Below, piece by piece: positions 29,377-42,763 of a stretch of DNA of 64,000 nt. Numbering within the stretch: the first letter of the stretch is position 1; each line of letters opens with the position of its first letter. The DNA comes from Parasitella parasitica NRRL 2501 (lineage: Eukaryota > Fungi > Mucoromycota), in contig MU619239.1 in assembly GCA_025201805.1 (NCBI GenBank), forward strand, positions 91,362-155,361, in the 5' to 3' direction. Position numbers and translations under genes: made by a program. The notes below the pieces were generated by a model. The model was not told the DNA's origin and searched no databases. It saw nothing but the letters and a program-made list of their open reading frames with translations.

Positions 29377-30490
29377 GCTATAATGACAGAATAAGATAGA
29401 GATATCCCCAGCCTCCTTTAAACACATATACACACACATAAAGAAAATTGATGTTTTGATACAAAAAAAAAGAAATGAATTTTTCCACTGAACACTATGA
29501 TGTATCTTTTCATAGTACCTCTCTCTCACTTTCACCCCCCCCCACTCTTTTGCTCTCTTTCTACTTGAAAAAGGTTACAGTTGTTTATTGACAGACATCT
29601 GTGATTCTGGGTGTGTAAGTGTGTCTGTTGACTTTGGATCAAAAACCGTTAATTGGATTCAGGAGCGAAGAGCAAGGTTGAAGATAAACACATTTATGTC
29701 CTTGGTATTTCAAAATTTTGTATACAGACAATTTTTTATTAATGGGTGTATTATCTTAGTGGCAGATTGTTTCTTTTCTCTGGCATTTTCTTATTCCTTC
29801 AGTTGATCTGGCGTCTGCTAGTGTAGAAGGTCTTGTCAAACAAGTACCAAACTGGATTATGTATATCCAGTTGCACTGTAGAACAGCTAGTTAAACCTTT
29901 ACCATCTTTTTCATAATGTTAAAATGGTTCAAAAGTGTGCGTCTTTGCAAAGTCAAGTAGGTAGATGTTAGGCGTCTGATTTTTTTTTTTTTTTTTTTTG
30001 TGAACTTTGTCAGTGTGTTGTTGTCAGAAAAAGGCAGAAGCTGCAAGAAAACGATTTTTAGTGATCTTAAACACAAAAAAAGTAATAAAAAGTAATGCAT
30101 TAGACTAAAAGACACCTTTTGATTACACATTTGTATAGTTTAAAGCAAGTTTTTGTACCTTTCAAGTTGGCATCAGATGAAGGTAGCGACTTTTTTGACT
30201 TTTTTCGGAATAGTATATTTTAAAATCGGAGCGTGAGATCGTCAGGCCAAGTACACACATGCAAGTACCATCATTAGAAACCCAAGAAGCACACCATCTA
30301 ATTAAATGGTTTGCAATTGTTTTTTTTTAAAAAAAAAAACGGGTAAGCTATGGCTTCTCAAAGCTAATGCTTTCTTCTAAAAACACCATTTTTTATAGCG
30401 GAGATTAAATGCGTCCAATATTGGAAAGAAAAAATTCTTTCAGAAACTCCATTTGGACAATTCGAGAACAAAATTACTCCTTTGAGGCAA

Positions 30491-31018
30491 GATATCATCT
30501 TCTGATACTATGCATACCACAGCTGTCAGTTTATGATAATAGTTGTATTTTTGGGCGCTCTACACGCTGGTTTCATTTCATAATCCCCGCGTGCTTATGG
30601 CAGGAATTCTTTTGAGAAAACATCAAAGACAGATCAAGAGGGAAAAGTCAATATTTTGCTTAATCAGAGCGCATTTCCAGTCTTTCAGATCAAGGAATGG
30701 TCTTTTGCGATCATTTTCTTCTAATATATGCTGTAGTAAAAAGTTGCAATTTTGGGGTCAAAACCGAGGATAATGCATAATCGATGATTTTGGATGTGTG
30801 GATACAAGGGAAAAAATGAAAAAATCCGTCATTTTGCATCGAAAAAAAAATCATGCTCAAATTGCACCAAAATCATATATAATGTAGTTGTTTCCCAATG
30901 GATACTATTTCTGGCGTTTTCAGGGCACTTTTGATTATGAAAATTAATCAAAAAATGGCACACAAAGCTAAATTTCTTGCTTTTAAGCTGTAAAAAATAC
31001 CTATCTGGAGATGATATC
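30491..31018. repeat. Degenerate inverted-repeat (foldback/MITE-like) element
   Basis: gatatcatcttctgata (30491-30507) versus the reverse complement of 31002-31018 matches 15/17. tttcataatc (30576-30585) pairs with gattatgaaa (30933-30942). Both share roughly the same symmetry centre near 30755. Confidence 0.4.
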
Positions 31019-31784
31019 ATGTCCATATCAATTCTAGTACACGACAAAGTTTATAAAGTATTTTTGAAACCCAAGAATACCTTTCTTCAAATTACTATAA
31101 TCAAACAGACGTGGCCGATTGAATTAGAAGCAAAAGAGGATAATTAATGGATTCGAAATTTTGCTGCAATAGTAACCCCTTGTTGTCTTGTGAATAGTTC
31201 ATAGGTTGCTAATTGCTAGTGACAGAGAAGCCCTATTACCATTGAAGCTTATAATAATGCTTACTGTCAGTTCAATAGTTCCTTTTTATGTGACTCTAAT
31301 GCTACACATGTAAAATAGAAAGTGGCTTTTGGCCAAACTACCAACATTCTAGCATCTTTTTACCAATGCAAAGAGATACTCCAATTTTAAAAGGTCGAGC
31401 CAGAAGTTTTTTTTTTTATATGTCATTTATTCTATTTGGAAAACCTTTAATGACTTGTTGAAAGAGAAGACATTATATAATAGATGAAATGTGATGCATG
31501 GAAGTTCCCATCTATCGGTTTTCTATTGCTTTGTTTTCATTTGAATTGCAATTATAACAAGGATCTCGGCTCCTTTTTGACTTCCTGAGACATGTGAAGA
31601 TTGCTCAAAAAGCTTCGAAAGTGCCTTGAAGAAGAAGCAGCAAAATTTTCCAAAGATGCCATCTTTTATACCTACTGACATTCCTCTTCGTGACGGTACA
31701 ACCGACTGCTAAAATTTTTGTAAAATGTAAAACGCAGCTTTTTCAAGATTAGGAAGCCACCTTTAAGCCATTTCTACAACAGCA

Positions 31785-32821
31785 ATGTCAGGCAGACTTA
31801 CTCGTGCACACAGAAGAGAAATTGAAAGTAAAACTCATCAGAAAATAAACCTGGATGATTTGGCCAAGTTTGAACCTGATGATTTTGTTTCTGATGTCAG
31901 CAATGCTCATCCAGCTGAAAAGACCAAAGAGATAGAAGCACAGCAAAAGAACGAGAAGCAGAAATCGAATGCCACAAAGGAGGAGAACTTGAACAAACAG
32001 CAGGAGGAATCTAGCAAAGAAGAATCTAGTGAGGAAGATTCCAGCCAAGAAGACTCTAGCGACAGTTCTAGCGATAGTTCTGAAGATGATGAAGAAGAAG
32101 ACGAGGATTTAGACGCCCTTTTAGCCAAAGCACAAGAAGCACTTGCATCACAAGCCGCTAGCATTGCACTAGAAAAGAGCAGCTCAGATAAAATCAACAC
32201 TAAACTTTCCAAAATGGATTTAGGCATTTCTGTCGAAAATGAGCTTTATCTTAAAAAAGCTGGAGGTCGAGCAAAGTTGATCCCTGACGCTGTTGCCTTG
32301 GTAGACGATGGGGAAAAGGCTTCTGCCAAAGCAACTGTCGTTTTGAAGCCTAGTAAAGACGAAAAAAAACTCAACAAAAAGGAGCGTCAAGCTGTAGGTT
32401 ATTCATTTGCGATTGACACTCCATCTGTCTAATGTTTTCCCATGCGTAGGAGCGAGAAAAGACAACAGGCAAAGCATGGTTTGACATGCCCAAGACAGAA
32501 ATGACAGATCAAGTAAAGCGAGATTTGCAAGTGCTTAAAATGCGTCATATCTTGGACCGCAAGAGACATTACAAAAAGATGGGCAAACGTCCTGATCCAA
32601 AATACTTTCAGATAGGCACAGTCATTGAGAGCCCAACAGAATTCTTCTCTGCCCGCATCAATAAGAAGGATCGTAAGCAGACTATCGTGGACGAGTTGAT
32701 GGCCAACGATGAACTAAAGCAGTATTACAAACGCAAGCATATCGAGGTGCAAGAGAAAACAAGCAGTGGAGGCAAGAAGCACTACAAAAAACTCAAAACC
32801 CAAAGACAATGGGCCAAATAA
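31785..32821 (+). CDS. FCF2: Pre-rRNA processing protein Fcf2
   Basis: Acidic low-complexity N-terminus; TTGKAWFDMPK, RDLQVLKMR..LDRKRHYKK, PKYFQIGTVIESPTEFFS, KQTIVDELM; 1 intron. Confidence 0.93.
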
Positions 32822-32948
32822 GCTGCCCCATTCACTCCTGTCATATAAATACCATCTTTTTTTTTTTTTTTTTCTTTGCATGCAAACGTCTTGATAGAAT
32901 CCCTCCTTATTTTCAATGTGTAAAAATATACTTTATTATGCTCAATTT

Positions 32949-34808
32949 CTAATCTGCAATCACTGCCCTTATTGTGTCCGTTTGAGTTTGTCGCACAGCT
33001 GCACTTCCAGCAGCTTTGACAGAGGTGACTAGAATAACCACAGACAAAACGATAGAGAAATACAGAGCAGCAAGACGGCATTTTTTTTGCCAGCGTAAAT
33101 CGCTCGGATCCATCAAGCGGCTTTTACTGGACGCTTTCATATGCACACTGCCATAATACCACAACAATGGACACACAAAGCCAGCCCAAAATAGCCTCTT
33201 TTCTGTCCAGTAGTGAGATTTTTCTAATAATAAAATCCCTGGATCAGCCGCATCCGCTGGTTTTCCATCATCCATTGCATATTCGTTGTATGCCAAGGCT
33301 GCACAGGCGGATGGTATTGTTTGCGACGGCGATGTCGTATTAGCAGTGCCGTTTGCTGATTTGTTGCGACCGAATCCGCCTAGTAGTAGCGCAGCGGCCA
33401 AAGTCTGTCGTCTGAATGATTTGTGGTTGTGATTATCTTTATGTGTGCGTTGGTTTTCCTCTTTATCAATAATAGATACGCTAGTAGATTGCAAAGTCGA
33501 GCTGCTTCCGTCCAGCGATGAGCCGTTATCGCCACGGATCCTTTGAAGCATGTCATAGTAATAGCCTTCCTGCACATTGGATGGTGCAGCCTCGTGACAC
33601 TGGCTGTTGACCAAGGTGATTGCGCTACTGTCTCTCTCCATTTCATGCTCGTCTTCTGCTGATATAATTGTCAAGATGGGCGATGGCTTTAGCGGCGGTG
33701 TAGGCATGATTTGAGGAATAGTTGCTTCTGCTACGGCTGCCAGTGGCTGAGCCGCAGCAATAAAAGTGTTGTCTAATGAATGCGAAGTTGGATGGGTGAC
33801 ACGCTGGGCTACAAGAGCGGCAGCTGCAGGCAGATTGACAGAATTCCAAGCGTAATATTCGAGCTCGCCTTTGTTGTGCTTGAATGTGCTGAGAGGATGG
33901 AATATGGCCTCCCACGACTCTTCTGTTATGCTCTGCTGCTGCTGTTCGTCATCCTCAAAATAGAACACACTTGTAGATGCGCGAGGAGAAGACGTCATGA
34001 GCGATTGGTCATAAAACGGTTCCTCCTCACGTGTGTAAAGCCAAGGAAGCGCAGAATCTTGATTGTTCCAGTCGTAGATGTCGCTGTAGGCCTCAACAGG
34101 TAAAATGATAGGCGGTGGGCAAGATGGCGTTGTTGTCACTTCCTTTGGCGGCGGCGTGGGTGGGATGAAAGCAGCGGTGGAAAAAGGCAGTTCAAATGCC
34201 AGATCTAGATACTCTTTATCATAATCCTCGTCTTGTTGCGGGCTGGGCTGGCTGATCCATTGGTTACGACCCATGACAATATAGAGTTGTGACAAGAGCT
34301 GCTCGTACAGAAATCTCGATTTAGGCTTGAATGTGTATGGCAAGATCTCCTCCTGGCTAAAGGGCATGACTGTCTGAAATTCAAGGTTTTCTTGATCCAA
34401 TGGCTCTAGTTGTGCTGTAGGAGGAGTAGGAGAAGCTTGAGCTTCAACAATGCATAATCTTAATGGATCCTCTGTCCAAGCAGCTTTTTGAATGCTGTGG
34501 TGCATCAGTAAATCCATCGTGTTTTCTTTGGGATAATGCGGTGCCATGTATTGCTGCTCAACGGTGTCTTCAGTCATGTTGATTGAGATGCGCCGAGTTT
34601 CATGATCTTCTTCGATTGCGTTATAAAATCGCTGCATGGGCAAGCCGAGTAACAAATTTAACGCCTTGTTGGGTTCATTATTCTTCTTTTTCAATGGTGC
34701 TGCAGGCAATGGCTTGGGAAGCGGTTTTTCAGCAGGTTGACTTGAATAAAACATTTGGCAATGAGAAAAAAGAGCATAGTTTGGTCGAACAATGAGCAAA
34801 GCTGTCAT
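32949..34808 (-). CDS. Hypothetical disordered protein with C-terminal two-TM motif
   Basis: 619-codon open frame; C-terminal EKRLFWAGFVCPLLWYYGS...RWQKKCRLAA followed by a TM segment. Start uncertain. Confidence 0.75.
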   Translation of the reverse strand: MTALLIVRPNYALFSHCQMFYSSQPAEKPLPKPLPAAPLKKKNNEPNKALNLLLGLPMQRFYNAIEEDHETRRISINMTEDTVEQQYMAPHYPKENTMDLLMHHSIQKAAWTEDPLRLCIVEAQASPTPPTAQLEPLDQENLEFQTVMPFSQEEILPYTFKPKSRFLYEQLLSQLYIVMGRNQWISQPSPQQDEDYDKEYLDLAFELPFSTAAFIPPTPPPKEVTTTPSCPPPIILPVEAYSDIYDWNNQDSALPWLYTREEEPFYDQSLMTSSPRASTSVFYFEDDEQQQQSITEESWEAIFHPLSTFKHNKGELEYYAWNSVNLPAAAALVAQRVTHPTSHSLDNTFIAAAQPLAAVAEATIPQIMPTPPLKPSPILTIISAEDEHEMERDSSAITLVNSQCHEAAPSNVQEGYYYDMLQRIRGDNGSSLDGSSSTLQSTSVSIIDKEENQRTHKDNHNHKSFRRQTLAAALLLGGFGRNKSANGTANTTSPSQTIPSACAALAYNEYAMDDGKPADAADPGILLLEKSHYWTEKRLFWAGFVCPLLWYYGSVHMKASSKSRLMDPSDLRWQKKCRLAALYFSIVLSVVILVTSVKAAGSAAVRQTQTDTIRAVIAD

Positions 34809-35202
34809 GCTATTTTAATACATTTCGATGCCAACCGACCCTTCAAAGTTTATTCCATCAAGGCTATTGTTTCTCCATATCTATTGAGATAGTTCAACAA
34901 ATAAACTAAAATTTTAATGTGGACCTTCAGCCAAGATGTAGCATGCTGTCCTTTATACAAGAATGGCTTGTACGTAAGTCAATCCGCTTGAATTATTTAT
35001 AGCGTTATACACAACAGTATCTCCATGGTAACATCTACGCAGATCCGTTCGATCATTAGCTTGGATGAGCACGCTGCAGAGTGTTTTCAACATCAGCGCA
35101 AAAGCGATCATCAAAGCCCAAAAACATTTAATGGGATTTTTCCTGAAATTAGTAGACCCTTTTTTTTTTTTTTTTGCTTTTCTTTGCGTTTATCAACTCA
35201 TT

Positions 35203-36197
35203 ATGCCCATCAGTCATTTGAAAAAGTTTTCTACTTGTGAAGTAAGTCAAGCTGGGAGATTAAGAAGAGGAAAAGAGTGATTGAGCATCTACAGATAGCG
35301 GATGCTCTTATCAAACTTGGTAAAGGGCCTTGGGCAGGATATATCCCAGGCATTGATCTTTGGTCACCAACGCACTGCGAAGGAGAAACACGTATTGTAG
35401 GACCTGCTTTTACTGTCAAGGTAATGCACATTATGTTGATTTTGCAGCGATAAAGCTAAGTCAAAAGCACTGTAGATGGTACAAAAATCAGACACGACCT
35501 CGCCTGTCCCCACAGAGCATTTTGTGAGTATTATCGACTGAACAGTTGACTNNNNNNNNNNNNNNNNNNNNNNNNNNNNNNNNNNNNNNNNNNNNNNNNN
35601 NNNNNNNNNNNNNNNNNNNNNNNNNNNNNNNNNNNNNNNNNNNNNNNNNNNNNNNNNNNNNNNNNNNNNNNNNNNNNNNNNNNNNNNNNNNNNNNNNNNN
35701 NNNNNNNNNNNNNNNNNNNNNAATAGAGGTAAAAAATGCTGTTTGGGGCGGTCTCATGTCAGCTAGAGCAAAGTCTAAAGGATGCCATGGCGTAGTGATT
35801 GATGGGAATGTTCGTGATTTGAACGAACATCGTCAAATGAACTTTCCTGTAAGTCTTTTTGATGGCTCCATAGTGCGTGTATACATGGCAAGATGCATAC
35901 TAACCATGTATCTGAAAGGTTTTCGCTAGGTCCCACTCTGTGCTTCCGCAGAACGCCTTTGTACGACCTTCTGAAGTCCAGGTTCCTATCACACTTTCAA
36001 GAGAATCCCCCGTGGTTGTGCATCCAGGTGACATCATTGTAGCTGATTTGGATGGCATTGTAGCTATACCTCAAGACTTGGTTGAGCAAGTCATTATGAA
36101 CTGTGAAAAGTATGTCGCAATTGATGATCAGTGCATGGAAGCATTAAAAGAAGGTCATGGTGTCAAGGAGACATTTGCCAAATACCGAGGGACCTAG
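35203..36197 (+). CDS. RraA-like / 4-hydroxy-4-methyl-2-oxoglutarate aldolase (interrupted by gap)
   Basis: FSTCE|IADAL, IVGPAFTV, NAVWGGLMSARA, GVVIDGNVRDL, VHPGDIIVADLDGIV. Confidence 0.9.
35552..35721. other. Assembly gap
   Basis: Run of N. Confidence 1.
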
Positions 36198-36443
36198 GTT
36201 GCAAGAACGCTCGGGCCCGGCTTGATTCCTGCTTGCATAAATATGGAAAATATTATTGTTTGACAACAAAACTTTGTGTTCATGTCTATAAAAATGAAAT
36301 GTTTATTATATAAAATGCTGGATATCTGTACAGTCCAAGAAGAAGGCATATATGTTTGTAGGGAAAAAAGAAAAAAAGAAAAGAAGAATGGTATGTAAGT
36401 TTGTCTCATGATGTTGTATATGTATATGTATATGTGTAAAGTC

Positions 36444-37277
36444 TTATAGTCTATAAAGAGGGTGAATAGAGGTGGAGGGAGCAGAGGGAATAGGAGATAA
36501 TGTCATAGATCTATGATGATATGGATGAGCATATGGTAAGCGTAAGGAAGGCAATGGAATTTTGTGATGTCTCATTGTCATTGTTTGTGCTGTAAAAGGA
36601 AAGTCGTCATTGTTATCAGATGATGAATCACTAACAATGCTGCTGTTGCTGCTAATGTCGTTTGCATAAGAGGAGGGTGCATGTCTGGCATGGGTAGCAT
36701 CACCGGAAGGAGATGGGAACCATTTTGGTTGAGCATAGTTTGATGTTGGTGGTGGTGTTTTGGGGTCACTGAAGCATGATGTAACAGGACTAGTGGGACT
36801 AACGGATGATGAAGATGACATTTCTGGGGAGCCTTCTCCCGCCAATTTACGTGATTTTCGAATGCCTTGTAGGGTTCTGTAACGGTTGAAGCAAGTAGCG
36901 CGCTTGCGATGAGGTAAAAGATCTGAGATTTGTCCCCATGTCAATCTCTGAGCAACACCTTGTCGGATGATATTGTCTTCATATTCAGAGAATCTACTAC
37001 GTGGCTTACCAATGATATGTTGGTGCTGAAGATGCTGTTGATGAAGGTGATGAAGATTCATAGGCTGATTGCGCTCATGGTGGGTTCTATTGTTGGCCGA
37101 GGGAGCAGAAGAAATCGTAGGAGTGGAAATATGTCTAGAGTGCACACTTTTGCTGCTGTTGCAGTTGTAGTTGCGGTTGTGGTTGTTAGGCAAAGGGTTA
37201 AGCAAATCAGAGACTGTAAAGAATCGAAAATGTTAGTTGACATGAAAAATGAATACGATCAAATATTTACCATTCAT
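36444..37277 (-). CDS. Myb/SANT-like DNA-binding protein
   Basis: RSRFSEYEDNIIRQGVAQRLTWGQISDLLPHRKRATCFNRYRTL. A 7-nt first coding exon (ATG AAT G|GT) gives MNVSDLLNP. Confidence 0.85.
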
Positions 37278-40200
37278 TTTCTAATGGTTTTTTTTTTCTT
37301 TCTTTCTTATTCTGTGTTCGAGTCAGGTCAATTGGTATATGAGAAGATGAAAATAACCTTTAAATCATTGAGAAAACCTTGGGTCTTTATATAGGAAAAG
37401 AGTTCTTGTCTTGAAAAGGGAATAATAACAACAGATTTTTTTTTTAGACGTGCAGCTGCTTTTGACTTGAAATAATAACAATAACAATAACAAAAGCTAA
37501 ATTATTAAATGCATCCATGCTCATTCAACTTTATTATACCTGTTCGCCTTCTCTCAACATGCCTACATCTCTTTGCTTTTTCAGCTTTTACTTTTCACTT
37601 CACTTGATATAAATTGACTACGTCAATATGCAATTATCTATATAGACTTAGTACTAGAATGATGATCGGCTGCTTAAATTACCACGATGCTGTCATATTA
37701 CAAACAGCATCATAAAAATTAATTGACGACAAAAAGCCATTTGAAATGTTTGTTTGTAAAAAGTACAATAAACTCTTCACGATTTGCTATTTTTATGAGG
37801 GATTATCTGAATAGTTTGGAGAAACTAAAAATACTTTCTTTGTTTAAGACTTGTTGACAACAATAAAATTTTATTACTTGTTTTGTAAGCCCAAGTAACA
37901 CTAAACCGTTAAGCGGAACACTTTCCGCATTTTTAAAAACTGTTTGTGCGTTTGTCTGCTGTTGCTTATCATGCCTTGGAGCAATAGCATTTCATGTACG
38001 TAACTAAAAATAATGCGGGATCATCGTTACTCTTTCAGAAACCCAAAATATACGCGTGATTCATCTTAGATGATGATGATAATCGCCACCCTTTTTTTCC
38101 ATCTGGTACTACCATGGCACATAAATTATACTGTTGCTGCCGTCTTTTTGCGTATAACAATCAGCATGTGTTTTGTGAATGAATGTCTATTTTTACATTA
38201 CAACATTCAATTGAAAAAAAAAAAATGTTGTCGCTGAAAGCTGTACTTGCAAACAAATGAAATATCACAAACGATAATCCTTTAATTAACCACGAATCCG
38301 CATTGACTATTTGAAAATATATCCAATTTAAGGCTGACAATGGCTCTGTTGTGTCACCTTATGGAAGTGTGGTCAATTGCACGCTTTTAATATTATCTTA
38401 ATATATGAAAAAACAATGAAATTCACATCAACGAGGTAATAAATGAGTTTATTGAATGGAATTTAACTTGCAGCTGCTGCAAACAGTAGTACTAAGAACA
38501 AGGATATAATGGATTAATCCAGTGTAACAGATTTTCTTTTTCTTTATTTGGCACATAACAAAAGATGCAAATGTTAAGTTCAACCTGCACATGTTATTTT
38601 TTTTATAAACATGTATATCAAGGGGGCGTTTCCTTACTTGCACAGATCTTTGATCCGTCCAGGGCTTTTTCAGCATATAATTGCGATATGCAACACAAGT
38701 AAAGCTTTGGAAATATGGTAGGTAGTTACAGTATAATATGATACCTAAAAAACGTCATATTATCAGAAACTGTGTATAAGCACCATGCTTTATAATCGCT
38801 GATTTTAGCCATTAAAGGTTGGCATTTCTTTTTTTTTCGTAAATAAGAAGTATTGGATGACTTTATGTAGGTGATCACTGACGCATAACCATGATGTTTT
38901 ATTCCATCCGCATTACTACTCCTGCAAGATTACATATATGGTGCGCATGATTGTCTGCAAACGTAATATGGCTCTAAATGTCTATGATCACACCTTTTCT
39001 TAAAAATTAAGCCCACATGAGCTTAAAACTATGATTTATGTAATAGAATTTATTTAACCGACTGTTACTTTAAGCAACACCAAAACTTTCTTGTTCACGA
39101 ATAATAATGAGTAAGACGGCGTATCTCAATATTACTTTTTTATTTCCATCTTTTGATTTCCGTGCATATATACCAACACGAATGTAGTTGCTTCGATTTT
39201 TTTTCTCATTACTGATCTGCCATAATGTAGGATAGGAGATCATGATAATGTACTTCAATTAAAGATTTTAGATTGTTCAATGATGTGTTGTCATACCGTA
39301 CTTGTCGAAACAGGAGAATAAAGTCTTTGTTTCAAATCAAGAAGGTTATCTGTAACACAGATCTGTATGATTGACAAACAATAAGGTACTGTCAGATCAA
39401 AGATCAATAGCTTTGTAGTATAATAATACATCGTATCCTGTTAAGCTGCTTGCAAATTATTCTTATCGATTAGTATCGACTAGTATTCTAAATAAGTCAC
39501 CAAAAACTTATGTAGTTGTAAAAAGTATAAATAGCAGATGCAAAGTTGAATCTTTAATAAAGTAATCTCAAGTTTTCGTATCTCGTTAATTCAGCGTTTT
39601 ATTTTACACTTTTCTTATTTCGATCTTGCAGATCTCAACAATTACTTGAAAGCTATATCTGTATATTACTTTGTGTATAAAAAACAAGGATCTTTATACA
39701 ACGTCGTAAAATTGCAGAAATCAGCTTATCAACAACATCCATCGACCAACTAAGCATTAACATTAATTTATCATTCACGACATAGCTTTTTCTTATCTTT
39801 TCATATAATAAATTAATCAAATATTATCAATTTGATAGCAACATCATGCAGCAGGGTTGTTAATCTCAAATACTTTCAATAGTCTTTTTTCATAATAGCA
39901 ATAACAACTACATTTATATACGGTACAAGCTGTCCTCACTCCACCCCCAACTGCAGTGAGTTATCATTATATTTCCAAGTTAGATCTCGGTTCTACGGTT
40001 CTTTCAGCAGAGGTTATGAGTTATTAATGAAAAAATTGATAAAAATGTTTTCGCCAGGTGGCGCTGTGTTTTCCAAGTTTGGTCGTGGCTCTATGATTCC
40101 TTTCTAGACGAAGCGATGACCAAAAAATAAAATAAAAGATCGTCGTGCTTAACGATAAGGGTTGGAACAACATCAATATTCCTCTATTAGATAATTGTAA

Positions 40201-41305
40201 ACGGCCATATGCATTTTAAATTTTTTCAGCACAGTTGTACGTAATGCTATTGATTTATACGAGTTGATGTTGTGTACACGAATGTATGACTTCGTGATTG
40301 ACAGCCGACTGTAAAAACCAAGGGATACTATACAATAGGTAAGAAATAATCTAATATAAGGTACTTGTTCTCTGTAATATAAATATACACTCCCCTCTAA
40401 TGTACATAGAATTACGAGTGCAGAAATGATCAATTAACTTATAAATATGTATATTAAAAAATGTATAATACGACTATTTGCACGCATCATAGCGTTGTTC
40501 GTGCACAGTTCGGACGCTTGCCCTTTGGACCATTCTCAATAACAGTATTCTGAGGACGGCCATAAATAAGAGCCAAAGGTTGCTCAATTGCTTCTCTAGG
40601 TTAATAAGAATAGACATGAGTCAATGGTTTCTATGATTTTTTTTTTTCACACTCTCAAGTCATTTCCTTTGGGATTCAAATGGTCATTGCTAAAGTTGGT
40701 AGGAAACTTATTAGGATGGCAGGCCTCAATCAGATACGAACCGCCATTACAAAAAAATGGGAATCTAATATCTAAGTTTCCGAATTCTATGGCTCTTCCC
40801 GCTGATTTCCGTTCAATAATACAAAATTACAAATTTATAAACGAAGTAGTTTCGGAAACCATCCACCAGCGTGATATACTCACAATTCCAGGTACCATGT
40901 TGGTGTGCACTAGAATGTTTCAACAACACTACTTGCTTTCTTGAATGAAAGAATATTATAAAAAACCCACTGTTACGAATGAAATAAAAGTAAACTTGAA
41001 TGAAATTGATAATCTACCTTAAATCAAGTATGAAGGCAAGGCCTCGACATAAACCTGATAGTAAAGGCCAATCTCTTCACATTCATGTGGGTGAATGTTT
41101 CTTGATAGCATAGTATACATACACAATGCAATGCAATGCATGGCTATCCGATGCCTCACTTTCGTTGGTTACTTTGCATACTACATGACAAGTATATGTC
41201 CAAGTCTTGGTTTTCACGTTAGCTACCAAAACAGCAAAACTAACAGATATTATTTCATGAATATATTAGCCTAAAATTATGAGACCAACTTGAAAAAGGA
41301 AAAAC

Positions 41306-41548
41306 TTGGCCATAGAAATGCAAAGACAACAAATTGTGGACACAGCAATAAATGAGTGTAACATGAAGAGTGTATTACAGGAACGTGGAGGTGTAATGGC
41401 TGATCTTGCGTATAGGGAAGCATTGACCTCAGAAGCCTTGTCGTTTCGACAGCAAAAGTTGAATATTTTGTTTGTTTGGCAATCATTTCATGAGACCTTA
41501 AATTTGCATGAAACGGGGAGGTTAGAAGACGTTACAAAGGATTATTAG
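41306..41548 (+). mobile_element. Degenerate IS630/Tc1-like (DDE_3-type) transposase fragment
   Basis: MKSVLQERG...REALTSE..FRQQK...LFVWQSFHETLNLHE resembles the KGMKxVLxERG...QPDFxxQK...FLPKFHCELNPIE blocks of fungal Tc1/IS630-like transposases. Confidence 0.4.
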
Positions 41549-41810
41549 GTGAGACGCAAGTTTGATTCAGACAATAAGATTCATGAGCGCTCCGAAACTC
41601 AGGAAAAGCACAAGTGATTCTTGCGAAAATCAGGAACCCTATTCTAATCCAATCTCTAATGTCACTTTTTTTTTTTAGGTTTGTGGCGGGGGGGGGGGAG
41701 GGGAGATTGCACTCAAAGCCTTCATATATTAAATGTTGAATTGATCTTGAAAAACCTTTATCTCTTTCAGCTTTTGAACTTTTATCACTTTCCTTGAACC
41801 AACATTTCAA

Positions 41811-42763
41811 ATGAAGGCTACTGTCATTACCTCATTCATTGCCCTTTTCATCGCTACTGCTGTCGCTCAGACAACTGCTCCGTTTTACTTGACTAGCCCC
41901 ATCGTTGGCACCTCCTACAAAGCCGGAAGCACGTAAGTCCATGACATTGCATTATTGACTTTTGCCAGACGATTTAACAACCATTCGCTTTTGTAGTGTT
42001 ACTATTAGTAAGTTTGCTTTACAGTTGTGCTTGCCCAAGAGTATCACACCTAACATTTGATCATAGCTTGGACCAATGGTGTCGATGAAGCTGCTCAAGT
42101 TTCTCTTCTTACGGGCACCAATGCTGCTACCATGACCCCCACCAGCGACTCTTTCACTATCAAGGGTTCCGATGGAGAGTATGAATGGAAGGTAAAATGC
42201 AACGTGCTCCATGGCTAAATCGAGTCAACTCAATGTTGCAACAAAAGACCTGGTTTTATTAACAAAAAAAAAAAAAAATTAACAGGTGCCTTCTGATCTC
42301 CCTCAAAATGCAACCTTTGCATTCAAGATTGATTACACTGACTCCAATGGTGTTGCGTAAGTAATACAATATCATCAATTGGTGGCACATTCAATTTCAC
42401 AGCACTAAATCCTAATATTCGACTGTGCACAGCGGCTCTACCTACTCTAGCGGTTTCACCATTGCCGGTACCACAGGTGATGTTGTTTCTCAATCATTCA
42501 TCTCTTCCATTGCCACCGCCGTTTCTACCGCCCCTGCCACTGCTCTCTCTACCGCGGCTTCAATTGTCTCTGCCAGCAAACCTAGCGCACTTCCTTCCTC
42601 ATCTGTTCTCGTTAGATCCAGCGCCGCGCCTACTTCTGCCAGTGCCAGAGCCACTGCATCTGCCTCCACTACTCCTCAAGTTCCTTCCGCTGCCAATGGA
42701 TCCAAGGCTCCCATTGTTGCCATCTGTGCCATCGCTATGATTGCCTCAGCCCTCTATTTTTAA
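41811..42763 (+). CDS. Secreted Ser/Thr/Ala-rich GPI-anchored cell-surface protein (Kre9/KNH-like N-terminal Ig-like domain)
   Basis: Signal peptide, TSP..GTSYKAG..VTITW, YEWKVPSDL, YSSGFTI, S/T/A-rich stalk, hydrophobic C-terminus; 11-nt micro-exon 41997-42007. Confidence 0.85.

Noticed and set aside
39300-40950. Faint coding-like fragments in the Myb upstream region (e.g. LYT..IAEISL..SIDQL; ORF 40624-40944)
   Set aside because: Too degenerate to assign; multiple stops and no diagnostic motif.
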